In this document: positions 13,443 to 26,393 of the stretch, piece by piece
Layout: every line of letters begins with the position of its first letter
Position numbering within the stretch: position 1 is the first letter of the stretch
Source: Macrostomum hystrix
Lineage: Eukaryota > Animalia > Platyhelminthes
DNA length: 64,000 nt
Reading direction: 5' to 3'
Assembly (NCBI GenBank): GCA_950097015.1
Contig: CATNEN010000011.1
Span: 6,575,088-6,639,087, forward strand
Position numbers and translations under genes: made by a program
Notes under the pieces: generated by a model
Told to the model about the DNA's origin: nothing
Databases searched by the model: none
Seen by the model: the letters and a program-made list of their open reading frames with translations, nothing else

Positions 13443-14783
13443 GTCCTCATTTTCTGCGGTTCCAATTTCGTTTTTCAATACAAGCTTTTCTGTCTCACAA
13501 TTTAATTTTTGCTGCGTTCAGTTTTTTATCAAAACAAGAGGGACCAAATGAACTAATAATAACGAATAGACTTGTAACCTACGTATTCTAGACTCACCGC
13601 GTAAGACGTGTACTCGCTAAACCTATAGTAGCTGGCTCCTGCTCCTGGCTCTTTTAGTTGGTGCCAAGAATAATCGAAGTCAAGCGGCGATGCACGAGTA
13701 AGCCCACCCGTCTGTGGAATGACGAGAGCCAGAAATTTCCTCTTTAAATCGATGATTACTTTTATTTCACATTTGCGTCTAGTTAACCGCCAATCGATAA
13801 TTGAATCACTGAGTTTATTGAAATGTCAAAGTTTATTGAAGTTAGTTTTTTTCTCTAAACTTAACATTCAATTTGTCAGCCCATGTGGGTATGATGTTAC
13901 TTGACCTGATTGAATCAAAGTTGATAATAATTAACAGCTGAGTATAGTTAACATTTCTGTTAGCTAATTGAAAGCCGAACTCGTTTATTCATTTCGGGCG
14001 ATGTACAAAATCTTTCATTTCCAGGCGAACGCGTCTTGTTTTCTGTTTTTTCTAGTTTTCTGTTGTAAAAAAGACGAGTCATTCGCTTTTTTGTTATTTT
14101 TAATTCCACTCGCCCTCTCTGTGTCCGTTGTACAAACAAGAAACTAAGTTGAATTTCTAATAAAGTTAACTTTATTTTTTAAAGTTAGATTTGCTTTCTC
14201 TACTACTTACCAAGCCGAGTTGTTGAATATGGATTGAAAAGTTTATTTATTAACGTATCAACTGACTACACAAATAAAACAGCTCGTGACCTGCCATATG
14301 CCTTCATTTTGGTTGCAGTAGTAACAATAGGAGCGCCTAATTTTAACAAATCATATTTATAGTTGTTGTTGTGAAAATAATCGAACAAAAATAACTGACC
14401 AGTACAAATGCACTGACCTATGAATGCACTTCGCAACTTGTAAAATGTAAAGGAATTAAAAAAGTATAGTAGAAAAATAGACTGTTAGAAATTTGCATAA
14501 ATTAACTGAATAGACACCGACGGGAGCAGTATAACAAACTAAAGGAAGAATTTAAATGAAAAAGAGATTATCGAATAATCTCGGCAGCGAAAAATTATCG
14601 CGGATTAAAGATAATTCTACCGAGATAATCTTTTGTAGATGGAAAATTTCACGGCAGATTATACAGAAAAACGAAGGTAAATTACCTAGATAAACGAAAA
14701 TAACTAGTAGATTACATAAAATGTTTAGTTGATTACCAAATTATTAGTATTTTAGAAGGTTTATGAAATCCCAGAAAGATCTG

Positions 14784-17700
14784 TCAGTTTCCAGCCAGCT
14801 GGGGAAAGCTAGGCAGGCCGAACAGCACTGGCGCTGAACCAATCAGAAATTTTAGCTTGCAGGCGTCCCTGGCCTCGTTGACCAATCCGGGCAGCTTGCC
14901 GCCGGACGCGGCGTCGCCGTCGCCTCGCCAGACGCTGAGGAGGCGGTTAAAGTATCTGTCGATGTCTTTGTCGGTGACGTCCCAAAGAATGGCCAGTACA
15001 GCAGGACAGCCGCCCATGATGTAACTGTGCACTGTGCCAATCGGCTCGAACTGGCCTTCCTATAATTATTGAAGGAAAGTGGAACATTTTTCTTAGAAAA
15101 AAACTGTCAAGCGTTTGGAGCTTTGGAATTAGAATAATTAGGAGGTCGGGAGTTCGAATTCCAGTCTCCACAGTCAGCGGACTAAAGCAGATTTATTTCT
15201 TGAAAAACTAAATTCGATTTAAACAGAAACTCCACAAAAAATTTTTTTTTATCTTATGAAAAATGTAGATTGGTTTTTTGGAGAAATCCTATTGCAATAT
15301 AGGGTGAAAATACCATTGGGATTTAGGGAAATTACAAAAAAATGTAGAGAGAATCCCATTGTAGATATTGGGGAATCCCCATTAAAATTAAAGGGGAAAT
15401 CCTATTTTAATTAAGAAGGAAATCCCATTATGATTTACAAGTAAATCAGATTACAATTTAGGGGAAATCCCGTTGGAATTTTGGGGAAATCCAATTAAAT
15501 ATAGGGGCAAACCTTTAAGAATTTCGGGGAAATCATTCTGAAAATTAGGCGGAAAAATCCCATTCGAATTTAGGGGAAATCCCATAACAATTTAGAGAAA
15601 ATTCAAATAAAATTGAGGGGAAATCCCTATAGAATTTAGGGGAAATCCCGTTGGAATTTTGAAGAAATCCAATTAAATATAGGGGAAACCTTTTAGAATT
15701 GCGGCGAAATCATTCTGAAAATTAGGCGGAAAAATCCCATTCGAATTTAGGGGAAATCCTATAACAATTTATAGAAAATTCAAATAAAATTGAGGGGAAA
15801 TTCCTTTAGAATTTAGGGGAAATCCCTTTAGAATTTAGAGGAAATCCTAATAAAGATTAGGCGGAAATCCCATTAAAATTAAGGGGAATGTAATAGTAAT
15901 TCATAAAAAACTATAAATCTAGTTGGAATAAAAGCACTCTAATTATCTATCTAATCTATCTAGGGGGGATTTATATCTAAGTGTGATTGATGGCGGGGCA
16001 GTTACCTGATGCAGCCGACCAGAGGAACAGCCGATGAGGAAGGCGGCAGCTCTGACACCGGCCTGTTGCACGGACTGATTGGACAGATACCTGGAGCCGG
16101 AGCCGTGGCCGCAGTACACGTAGAGATCCCGACTGCGCAGGGCTGCCAGGAGTTCGGACTCCTCCGGCGGCCTGGAGGCGACGCCGTCCCAGCCGAGGTC
16201 GGCAAAGATTGGCGCGAAGGTGGCCTCGGTGGCTGGCAGGCTGCAGTCGGGATTCAGCACGTAGTATGAGCGCTGCAGGGACAACTCGCTGCGCGCCTGG
16301 CAGTGGAGATGTTCGCGTTTGGGAGAATATGTGTCAACATCGGGAGAATGGGGATTCGTAGGTTTTTTTGGGAAAAATGGAATTTAAAGCTTTGGGAAAG
16401 GGGAATTTAAAGTTTAGGGAAATGGGAATTCAATACGCTATTGTTAAAATAGGAATTCAAAGCATTTTTGGAGAAATATTTTCTGCTTTTGGGCGGAACT
16501 GGAACTGAAGGTGTCTTTAGGAAATGGGATTTGAGAGAGTCTGTAACAAATGGGATTCGAACGTGTCTTTGAGAAATGGGAACTAAACGTGTCCTTGGGA
16601 AATGGGATTTGAACGTGTCCTTGGGAAATGGGAACTGAACGTGTCCTTGGGAGATGGGAACTGAACGTGTCCTTGGGAGATGGGAACTGAACGTGTCCTT
16701 GGGAAATGGGATTTGAACGTGTCCTTGGGAAATGGGATTAGAACGTGTCCTTGGGAAATGGGATTCGAACGTGTCTTTGAGAAATGGGAACTAAACGTGT
16801 CCTTGGGAAATGGGATTTGAACGTGTCCTTGGGAAATGGGAACTGAACGTGTCCTTGGGAGATGGGAACTGAACGTGTCCTTGGGAGATGGGAACTGAAC
16901 GTGTCCTTGGGAAATGGGATTTGAACGTGTCCTTGGGAAATGGGATTAGAACGTGTCCTTGGGAAATGGGATTAGAACGTGTCCATGGGAAATGGGATTT
17001 GAACGTGTCTTTGAGAAATGGGAACTAAAGGTGTCCTTGGGAAATGGGATTTGAACGTGTCCTTGGGAAATGGGAACTGAACGTGTCCTTGGGAGATGGG
17101 AACTGAACGTGTCCTTGGGAAATGGGAACTGAACGTGTCCTTGGGAAATGGGATTTGAACGTGTCCTTGGGAAATGGGAACTGAACGTGTCCTTGTGAAG
17201 TCTGAACTGAACATGTCTTTGGAAAATGGGATTTTAGCGAGTCGTTGAGAAATGGGATAAAAACATGTCTTTAGTAAACCGTATCTAATTTTTGTAAAAT
17301 ATTTGGTAAACAAGTTTAAGAAAAGGAAAATAATGGTAAAGAATATATGGAATTCTCCGATCATCCGGGTGAAGTGGGATTTCTCACCTGAGCCACGGAT
17401 CCAATCAGAGCAGACAGGCTGGGCATTCTAGAGAATCGGACAGTTCTAGACAGAGCAGCTTCCCAGGGAAACTCGTGCAGCTTCAAGTCCAACAGCAGGA
17501 CAGCTTCTCCGGGGCTGTCCAAGTTCATGAGGCCGGCAGCCGGGCTGGACATCCAGCGAGATTTCAGTTCGGCAGTGAGCTCCGCCGCCCGCTCGTCAAG
17601 GCGATATCGCCGACGCCACCAGGTCTGAGGCTGGTCACTGGTCCGCATGCTGGCAGTGTTCATGCGCATCAGCGTCTGCCAGTCGTCCAGGAAGTCCAGG

Positions 17701-20700
17701 CCTAGGCCCCGCAGGTCGCAGATCATCGGCTCGGCGGCACCGGGAGCCAGACGGAGGGCGAGGAGAAACGGCTCGAGGCCCGGCACAGAGTCCACGTAGC
17801 TGGGGACAAAGAAGGTCAAGGAGGAAAACTATTGTATTTTAGATCAGACGACTGGCTTCAGAGGAATCAGCCCAGAAGACACCAGAGGAATCAGCCAAAA
17901 AGACAACAGAGGAATCAGCCCAGAAGACACCAGAGGAATCAGCCCAGAAGACAACAGAGGAATCAGCCCAGAAGACAACAGAGGAATCAGCCAAGAAGAC
18001 AACAGAGGAATCAGCCCAGAAGACAACAGAGGAATCAGCCCAGAAGACAACAGAGGAATCAGCCAAGAAGACAACAGAGGAATCAGCCCAGAAGACAACA
18101 GAGGAATCAGCCCAGAAGACAACAGAGGAATCAGCCCAGAAGACAACAGAGGAATCAGCCCAGAAGACAACAGAGGAATCAGCCCAGAAGACAACAGAGG
18201 AATCAGCCCAGAAGACAACAGAGGAATCAGCCCAGAAGACACCAGAGGAATCAGCCAAGAAGACAACAGAGGAATCAGCCAAGAAGACAACAGAGGAATC
18301 AGCCAAGAAGAAAACAGAGGAATCAGCCCAGAAGACAACAGAGGAATCAGCCAAGAAGACAACAGAGGAATCAGCCAAGAAGACAACAGAGGAATCAGCC
18401 CAGAAGACAACAGAGGAATCAGCCAAGAAGACAACAGAGGAATCAGCCCAGAAGACAACAGAGGAATCATCCAAGAAGACACCAGAGGAATCATCCAAGA
18501 AGACACCAGAGGAATCAGCCAAGAAGACAACAGAGGAATCAGCCAAGAAGACAACAGAGGAATCAGCCCAGAAGACACGAGAGGAATCAGCCCAAAATTC
18601 TTTAGAGGAATCAACCCAGAACACACAAAAGGAATCAGCACCAACAGAAAGCTGAGGTCGCTAACCTGATCTGCAACACTGTCCAGTTGCTAGGCAGACA
18701 ATCTATGGCAGCTCTCAATCCAGCAGGTCCAGTCTCACAAGCCAGCACTTTGCTGAGAATCTGTTTGGCATCTCTCAATCTTAGATTGACTCTATCCAGA
18801 TGCCCGGCGGATACATGCAAACCGCGGCACAGGTAGTTGGCGGCCTCCCAAAGACGCCCGGATCGCCAACTGGCCAAGGCCAGCTGCTGACAGAGCGGCC
18901 GGAACAGCCTGGGCGGTGGCAGCCAGCTCAGCAGACGATAAGCTGACTCCAGACGGGCCACCGTGGACGCCAACAAAGCTTCGTCAAGGACTTGTCCCTG
19001 TTGCCGGGGCTTGTCCGCCTGTCTATGGCCAATACCGCTAGACAAAGAGCCGCACTCCTCCATTCGTCTGAGAATATTTTGAGGAACAAAATCTGCTTGA
19101 GGAGCCGATTCAATGGAGGCGGCGGCGGCGGCGGGCCGTCGAGTTTTAGTCGGCTGCGTCTGGGCAGCAGCTGCCGTGGCAGTTGCGAAGCGTTTCTGTC
19201 GCAGAGTGAACATCTTGTTGATTTTGCCGATGGCTCGCCGCTCTTCCTCCACATCGACAGCCGCCGGCTGCTTGGCCGCCCCGCGTTTCCTTGGCGGCGG
19301 CGGAGGCGGAGGCGGCGGCGGCATTCCAGCAGAACCTGATGAGGAAGATGGTGACGATCGATCTAAGCTCAAATGGACCAAACTGGTCTCCAGACTAGTG
19401 TGAGCAGCGGCAGCGGCAGCCGAGCTGGTGGTGCTGGTGACTGGCAGCATTGCCGAGAACAGATTCTCATTGGTGTCGATTTGACTGGCTTCAATGGCGC
19501 CTCTGAGCCAGCGGAATTCTTTGGCAGCCTCTCCTAGAAGATCCCAGCCAGCCGCTTGGGCGGACTGATCCTCCGCCGCTGCTGATCTGCCAGTTGCCAG
19601 GGGCGATTTGTCAACATGGCCGGTTGCGGCATTGTCCAGACTGTCGTTATTATCGTCGCCGACTGCGGTGCCCCCGCCAAAGCGACCAGCAACAAGAAAA
19701 TTATCCTCTTCATCGTCTTCGTTGCCATTGTTGGCATTGGGCTCTGCTGCTGCTGCTGCTGAAGCTTTGTCAGCCGCAAGCAAATGTTGACGAATGTGAT
19801 CGTGAGTGCGAATAAAGTTCACCTGGATAGGAAAATTTCAGTTGAAAAACGAGGAAAAGGTCAACAGGGGATTTGCAAACATTTTTGTAAGACGTTTTTT
19901 CGACGATAGGGATTAGAAAATAAATTTTAAGATGCATATTTCTTAATTTGGGACCTGGGACAATGATGTGTCTCCCTAATCTGGGATGTGGGATAATGAT
20001 TTGCGTATTCTGAATTTGGGATCTGGGATAATGATGTGCGTACTCTGAATTTGGGATCTGGGATAATGATGTGCGTATTCTGAATTTGGGATCTGGGATA
20101 ATGATGTGCGTATTCTGAATTTGGGATCTGGGATAATGATGTGCGTATTCTGAATTTGGGATCTGGGATAATTATGTCCCGTTTTTTACTTGGGATCTAG
20201 GAGAATTGTGTACTTTTAATGTCACATACTTTTATGTCGAGCAGGGAAATACAAAAGTACATTTTCAAAGAAGGGAATCCCAGGCGCAATTAAAATTTCC
20301 CAGTCATCGCACCTGCATGAGTCGAATCGCAGCACCAGACTGATTGTCACAGCCAGCGTCAAGGTGGGCGTACAGCAGCAGGCATCTGACAGCCATACCG
20401 GGTAGGCAGAGTGACTGGGCTGCCAGCATGCACTCCCTGAGGTAGGTGGAGCTTTCTCGTACCGCCCCAGCGTAGGTGAACAGCCAGGCCAGCTGGTGTC
20501 GGCACAGCAGCAGCAGGTGGACACTGTACCAGGCGTCCCTAGCGAAATGATCGGCCAATCGCACGGGCATCTGGCAGGGTGTCTTCTCTTTGAAATGATG
20601 AACCACGAGAGAAACCGTGAGCCGGCGGAGGTACAACAGCTGTTCCAGGGGATCGACGCTTCCTCCGCTACCACCGGGCTCGGCGGAGCCAGTGTCGGCT

Positions 20701-23589
20701 TCCGATGACGCAGCCGGATCGTTGCCCCAGACTGCGTCCTCTTCGCCGTCAAGTTCGGGACCGGCAAGTAGGCGGCATCGGATCTTAAGCGAGTGTAATA
20801 GTTGTAATAGTGTAATAGTTCAAATGGTAACACACCCACCTCCCTCCACTGACACAACCACCTCCCTCCACTGACACACCCACCTCCCTCCACTGACACA
20901 CCCACCTCCCTCCACTTACACACCCACCTCCCTCCACTTACACACCCACCTCCCTCCACTGACACACCACCTCCCTCCACTGACACACCACCTCCCTCCA
21001 CTGACACACCCACCTCCCTCCACTGAAACACCCACCTCCCTCCACTGACACACCCACCTCCCTCCACTTACACACCCACCTCCCTCCACTTACACACCCA
21101 CCTCCCTCCACTGACACACCACCTCCCTCCACTGAAACACCCACCTCCCTCCACTGACACACCACCTCCCTCCACTGAAACACCCACCTCTCTCTACAGA
21201 GACACACACCTCACTCCGCAGATACACCCAACTGATAGCACAGTCCATGTTAACAGTAGAACTACCCAGGGGGGGATTTACCCCCCTGACATTTTTTTTG
21301 CTGCACCCGAACGGAACAATGCAAGCACACGAAACTCAAGAACACGGCCATCTTTTTGTTGCGCATCTTCTGAAACAAGAAACAAGTCGCCAGCTGTTCA
21401 GACCGTCGAGATATTCAATGTTTCTGGCCGAAGGTCCGATTTTTCCCATAAGAGCTAGTGTATTTCATACACCCCCATACACGAATTTGCACTGCGCCTC
21501 AGTGCGGCCTTGCCAGGCCTTCAAAATTTATCAGCATGTCACCCGAGTGTGCCTGCATCATCTCCGTCTTCGGTGGTCACCTACCTTTATCTAGACAGAC
21601 TGCTGGACCTTCAAGGGCTACAACAGGTGGAACTAAGCTACGATGGACACCCTGACGCGAATTTCTCAAATTTCAATGCTCAAGCCAAAATATTAGGCGC
21701 AGCTCAACCACAGGACACCATCGCCTAGTCTGTCAACAAATCAGTCACCACTCAACGCTGTTAGCATTCGGGCGCTGCCAAAAAAAATTGTCAGGGGGGG
21801 GGGAAATTCCCCCCCCCTTGGTATAAAAACGGGCGGCAAAATGGCTTGGTAGTCCTACTGTTAATACAGCTTTAAGTAGTGACTCACCTGCCACAGCAGC
21901 AGCACAGCCCTAGCCAGAATAAGGTCACGCGTCTTGCCAGCAAAATCGGCTCGATATCGTCGCACAATGAGCCGAAGTCGGACGGACGCGTCCGCGAAGT
22001 GCCGCGGCTCGCCTCCGACGGCGTAGGCGCCGCAGACAGCCTCGGCCAGGTCGGCCAGGATCAACTCGTCCGGGTACCAATTGTTAGATGACGACGAAGA
22101 CGAAGATCCCGACGTCTTACCGTCGGCCGCGCCGATGCCGGGAGCGCACAGTGCTCGAAGAGGTTCAAAGTCAGTTCTGAGCTTGGCTAGCTCTTCGAGA
22201 CGACCGCGCCAAGCCAGGTGAAGCGAATGCCGGCAGCCGACCATCCAGAGATCACGACCACGACGATTCTGCCTGGCGTAGCCGGCGTGCAGGCGATACA
22301 ACCGCCTGGCCAGCTCGTCGGCTTCGTGCAGTTCTGCAAGCGACTCCAGCAGGCTGAGCCGGTCCATCACAATGCGTGGCGTGAGCGACGTATTCGTTGG
22401 CTTCGGCTGCGGCCTTTAATGTAAGCGGATTCGGCGGTTTTGCTTAAGAATTCAGACCGAGAGTTGTCACAGACAGGGTGTCCCTCGGGTGTCACAGACA
22501 GGGCGTCACTCGAGTGTCACAGACAGGGTGTCCGGGAGTGTGTCACAGACAGGGTGTCCAGGAGTGTGTCACAGACACGGTGTCCGGGAGTGTCACAGAC
22601 ACGGTGTCCGGGAGTGTGTCACAGACAGGGTGTCCGGGAGTGTGTCACAGACGGTGTCCGGGAGTGTGTCACAGACACGGTGTCCGGGAGTGTCACAGAC
22701 ACGGTGTCCGGGAGTGTGTCACAGTCAGGGTGTCTGGGAGTGTGTCACAGACACAGACAGGGTGTCCGGGAGTGTGTCACAGACAGGGTGTCCGGGAGTG
22801 TGTCACAGACAGGGTGTCCGGGAGTGTGTCGCAGACAGGGTGTCCGGGAGTGTGTCACAGACACGGTGTCCTGGAGTGTGTCACAGACAGGGTGTCCGGG
22901 AGTGTCACAGTCAGGGAGTCTGGGAGTGTGTCACAGACACAGACAGGGTGTCCGGGAGTGTGTCACAGACAGGGTGTCCGGGAGTGTGTCACAGTCAGGG
23001 TGTCTGGGAGTGTGTCACAGTCAGGGTGTCCGGGAGTGTGTCACAGACAGGGTGTCCGGGAGTGTCACAGTCAGGGTGTCTGGGAGTGTGTCACAGACAC
23101 AGACAGGGTGTCCGGGAGTGTGTCACAGACAGGGTGTCCGGGAATTGTTTCACAGACACAGTAGATACATGGCATGGCATCCCAAAAGACCTACCTGCTC
23201 TTCAAATCCCTATTTAATCCGCAGTCTCCCAAAGCATCAGCTAGCTGATCTACTGAGTCCTCCAAATGTTTGAGAAAGTCTCTGCACTCATATTCAGTGG
23301 GCAGTGTGTTGTAGCTGTTTGGCGGAGAACGCTTGGCACAGCCGCCGGCCGTCAGGCCATTGGAATCAATGGCACTAGCATTTTCAGCTTTCCCATCCGG
23401 CTTGAGATTGGACGCTGAAGTGGTGGACACTTTCTCGCAACGCCAATCCGCCAATTCTTTATCAACAGCCACTGTCATCACTTTTCTATGCAATTGAACT
23501 CGATCAAAGTACAGCTGCAAACTAGCTTGACCTGGGATGCACACAGTAGCCTGGTCAGGCTGCTGAGCATGTTGGTTTGATGATGGCAT
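14784..23589 (-). CDS. ESPL1: Separase (peptidase C50, caspase-like cysteine protease), ~1175 aa, 7 exons
   Basis: Exons (minus strand) 23589-23195, 22413-21888, 20783-20313, 19822-18666, 17799-17388, 16296-16006, 15059-14784. All introns are GT-AG and phase-consistent (3528 nt). Motifs: WWRRRYRLD, LDLKLHEFPWE, SRMPSL, YYVLNPD, LYVYCGHGSG (catalytic His), FLIGCSSG (catalytic Cys), LWDVTDKDIDRY, ARDACKLKFLIGSAPVLFGLP. The start codon is less certain. Confidence 0.93.
15340..15890. repeat. Degenerate array of GGGGAAATCCC-cored units with a ~178-bp internal duplication
   Basis: The block at ~15461 recurs at ~15639. Confidence 0.8.
16540..17200. repeat. Minisatellite, 26-bp unit GAACGTGTCCTTGGGAAATGGGATTT/GGAACT
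   Basis: Direct. Confidence 0.95.
17860..18610. repeat. Minisatellite, 24-bp unit AGAGGAATCAGCCCAGAAGACAAC
   Basis: Direct; fills a separase intron; the repetitive ORFs are artefacts. Confidence 0.96.
20000..20170. repeat. Minisatellite, 35-bp unit GAATTTGGGATCTGGGATAATGATGTGCGTATTCT
   Basis: About 5 units. Confidence 0.9.
20830..21200. repeat. Minisatellite, ~22-bp unit ACTGACACACCCACCTCCCTCC
   Basis: Direct. Confidence 0.94.
21254..21860. mobile_element. Non-autonomous DNA transposon (MITE), 607 bp, with terminal and subterminal inverted repeats and TTAA flanks
   Basis: TTAA at 21250-21253 and 21861-21864. Left end CAGTAGAACTACCCAG versus right end reverse complement CAGTAGGACTACCAAG (14/16). 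Subterminal inverted block CCAGGGGGGG..CCCCCCTGACATTTTTTTTG..CCCGAA at ~21266-21313 and ~21766-21821. Confidence 0.8.
22460..23160. repeat. Minisatellite, ~24-26-bp unit GTGTCACAGACAGGGTGTCCGGGAGT
   Basis: Direct; fills separase intron 1. Confidence 0.95.
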
Positions 23590-26393
23590 CCTCAAAAGTG
23601 TTACTTTTCTTTGACTTTTTTCTCCGCTTTTTGCAAAAAGTAGAATTCTGCAAGTAGCTAGTTTATTATTGAAAGTTAAATGGATAATTTATTTGAGTAT
23701 TAATATTGTCTGATTTATTCAAATTGAAACATTTTAGAGCTAGCTAATACTAAAGTGATAATAAAATAAAAGGCTATTGATAGAACAAAGAACTGCTTCA
23801 TCAAATCTAGCAGAAAAAAAACAAAAATTCTTTAGTTTAGTCTTAAACTTTTATAAAAACACTTGAAGTTCTTGAATCAATTTTTCTTACCTGGTTACTT
23901 ATAGTAACTTGTATAATTAATAGCTGAAGCATATTGTTAAGATTTTTTCTTCAATTTGTTTGATTTTCAGCAGTTATGAATTAATTCATGTTAGTTATGC
24001 AAGTTAAAGTCGCTTATACAGAAAAGAGAAAGCATAGATTTAAATATAATCAGAGAAGCATTTTACATGAATATAACTAATTTACGCAACTTTAGTTCTC
24101 AAACCCTAGAACCCATAAGCTGTTATCAGCCAATAATAATGTTTATGCTCATGACAAAGACAGAGAAGGCTCACTTTGACTAATCCATACAATTTATAGT
24201 ATACCCCAATGATTTGCCAAAGAGTTCTCTCAGGTGAGCCTTACATAGCAAGCAACTTAAAGCTTGAAGAACCAATTAAATTATCAATTTAAATTTCTAG
24301 TATAACTGTTTTATATACTCTATAAGCACAATACTCACATTATTTACATTGACATATCATTCACATCACAGTTATCTGATCACAAATGTCTGATTCAGTG
24401 CTTTGAAACTTGAAAACTTGGTATATAGCACACTCTAAAAAATCTAATTTCATACTAACTGTTTAATCAGGCATACATAGCATTAAAAGCAATTTAAAAA
24501 ATTAAAGAAATATAAAAGATATAAACTGTTTCTAAAATTGAAATTTGAAAAAAATAGGCCTATATTTAAATTTCGGAAAATCAATATTGAAATATAAGTC
24601 TCAAGACTTTAGGACTAGGGCCTACTAGCTTTGCATCTCTACTAGTTTAGTATCCAACCTCTAGGAGTCTAGGCCCCTAGCTATTATAATTGTAGCAATG
24701 ATCTAACATGACAAGTTGTTGCATTAGTAGGCCTATATAGCTAGATTTGGTCCATGCTTACAAAATATAGGAACAAACTTTTTGACTTTGACCTTTGTGT
24801 TTAATCATGGATCCTGGTTCTAGAGTATTGTCATTGGCTAGGCCTAAGCCTAGTTAAAACAGATCCCTTAGGCGGAGGCCTAGCCCTTAGTCAGACATAG
24901 GTATATAACAACCAGTCAAAAGTAGGGGCCTTATCTAATGACTAAGTCAATTTTACAGCACTCTCTAATAAATAAAGTATACCTAAGTGTATTACAAGAA
25001 TTGTTGCTTTTTTCATAAAAAAATCCAGAGGCCAAGCCACTGGCATATTTTATGTCTGCTTGGTTGCTATTGTGCTTCATGATAAATAAACGAAGATAAA
25101 ATGAAGTATTATGAAGATAAATTATTTATGAATGAAGCTTTCTAAAATTTGTTGATGAACCATTTCTGCTAGATATTAAAAGAACAAATTGATTTGATTT
25201 GATTTGATTTGCTTCCAATAAAAAGCTATCCATATTTTAATGTTAAAAACATTATAAGTTCCTATCTTGCTAGTGCACTTTTCCGTGAAAATCTACCTTT
25301 AATAAATATTCCAAGATCTTCCAATCGTACATGGAGTATACCTGATCACGCTGCACGCGTTTCTAGTTTTATTTAGTTCAAACTTACGTAAAATAATTTT
25401 AAGAAACGCATCAACATTTTAACCATTAGAAAAATCTTTGACGCAAGATAAAACGTAATTTTATCATTTAAAAGTAAAACTAACTATAATAACCTTAAAT
25501 ATATTATTTAACTAACAATATTAATTAATTAAAAGTTCCGCTATTAGGAATTCGCATTATATTATTTTATCTAACGTGGGTGGTACAATCGACGTGTAGT
25601 CATAGTATTATTAGCTTCCATACACAGCTTATCTAAGTAAAATTTGCCGAAAGTCATTAGTCGTAGTATTATTAGCTTCCATACACAGCTTATCTAAGTA
25701 AAATCGAAACAGGCTAAAATAGTATAATTTAAATATGGGTTTTTAGATAAGTACATCATGTATGTCTTATAGGCACCTTTATTGTCTGCCAAGTGCTTCG
25801 GGAGAGCATCTATAGTTTCACATAATCTACCTTTAAGGTACTTTTCGGCAAAAAAAACTTGCAATTACCAATTAGCTACATGACGTACAGAAAAAGTATT
25901 TAATTGTTCGTGTTTCCATTACATGCTATCTTCAAAATACAATTTTCTATTTGTCCATGCATGTAATTGTAAAAATTCTACAAATGAGTACTGGCCAATG
26001 CACTGCTTTGTACATGTAAGCGTATATAAAACCAGCGAGCAAAGCAGTTTAAAAATTAAACATCTGCAACTGAAATCTTGGAACTGCTTGTATTCACACA
26101 ATATACGCTATAGTGACTTTAAAAGTAAACAATTTGCTTGCTTGTTTTGCGGTACGCCTCACATTTTCTAATATACGGCAGGGGCAAACGTCATGGACGG
26201 TAATTTGTCGTATACTTCATCCAGAAAAAACTGGATATGTCATTTGATGTACGCTTTGCTGTAACTTAAAACTTGAAACAATTGTAAACATCTGCTGACG
26301 AAATTGGTCCGCAGCTTAGGTTAGTTAATTTAAAGTTTTCCATAAAATCTTAAATTCTGCGGCTCTTCTGAATCAGTCGCTGCTTCAATAATC

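Noticed and set aside
13443-14783. Overlapping 3-prime UTRs of the convergent CCR4 and separase genes
   Set aside because: Several AATAAA candidates exist on both strands in AT-rich DNA (e.g. + 14159, 14273; - 14176, 14247); transcript ends cannot be assigned without RNA data
21247-21728. ORFs inside the MITE as a transposase
   Set aside because: Short, with no DDE or helix-turn-helix motifs; the element is too small to be autonomous
24600-25705. Clustered TAGGCC(T) palindromes and a 45-bp direct repeat (25598, 25660) between the divergent separase and lysenin-like genes
   Set aside because: Too short and degenerate to support a regulatory or transposon call
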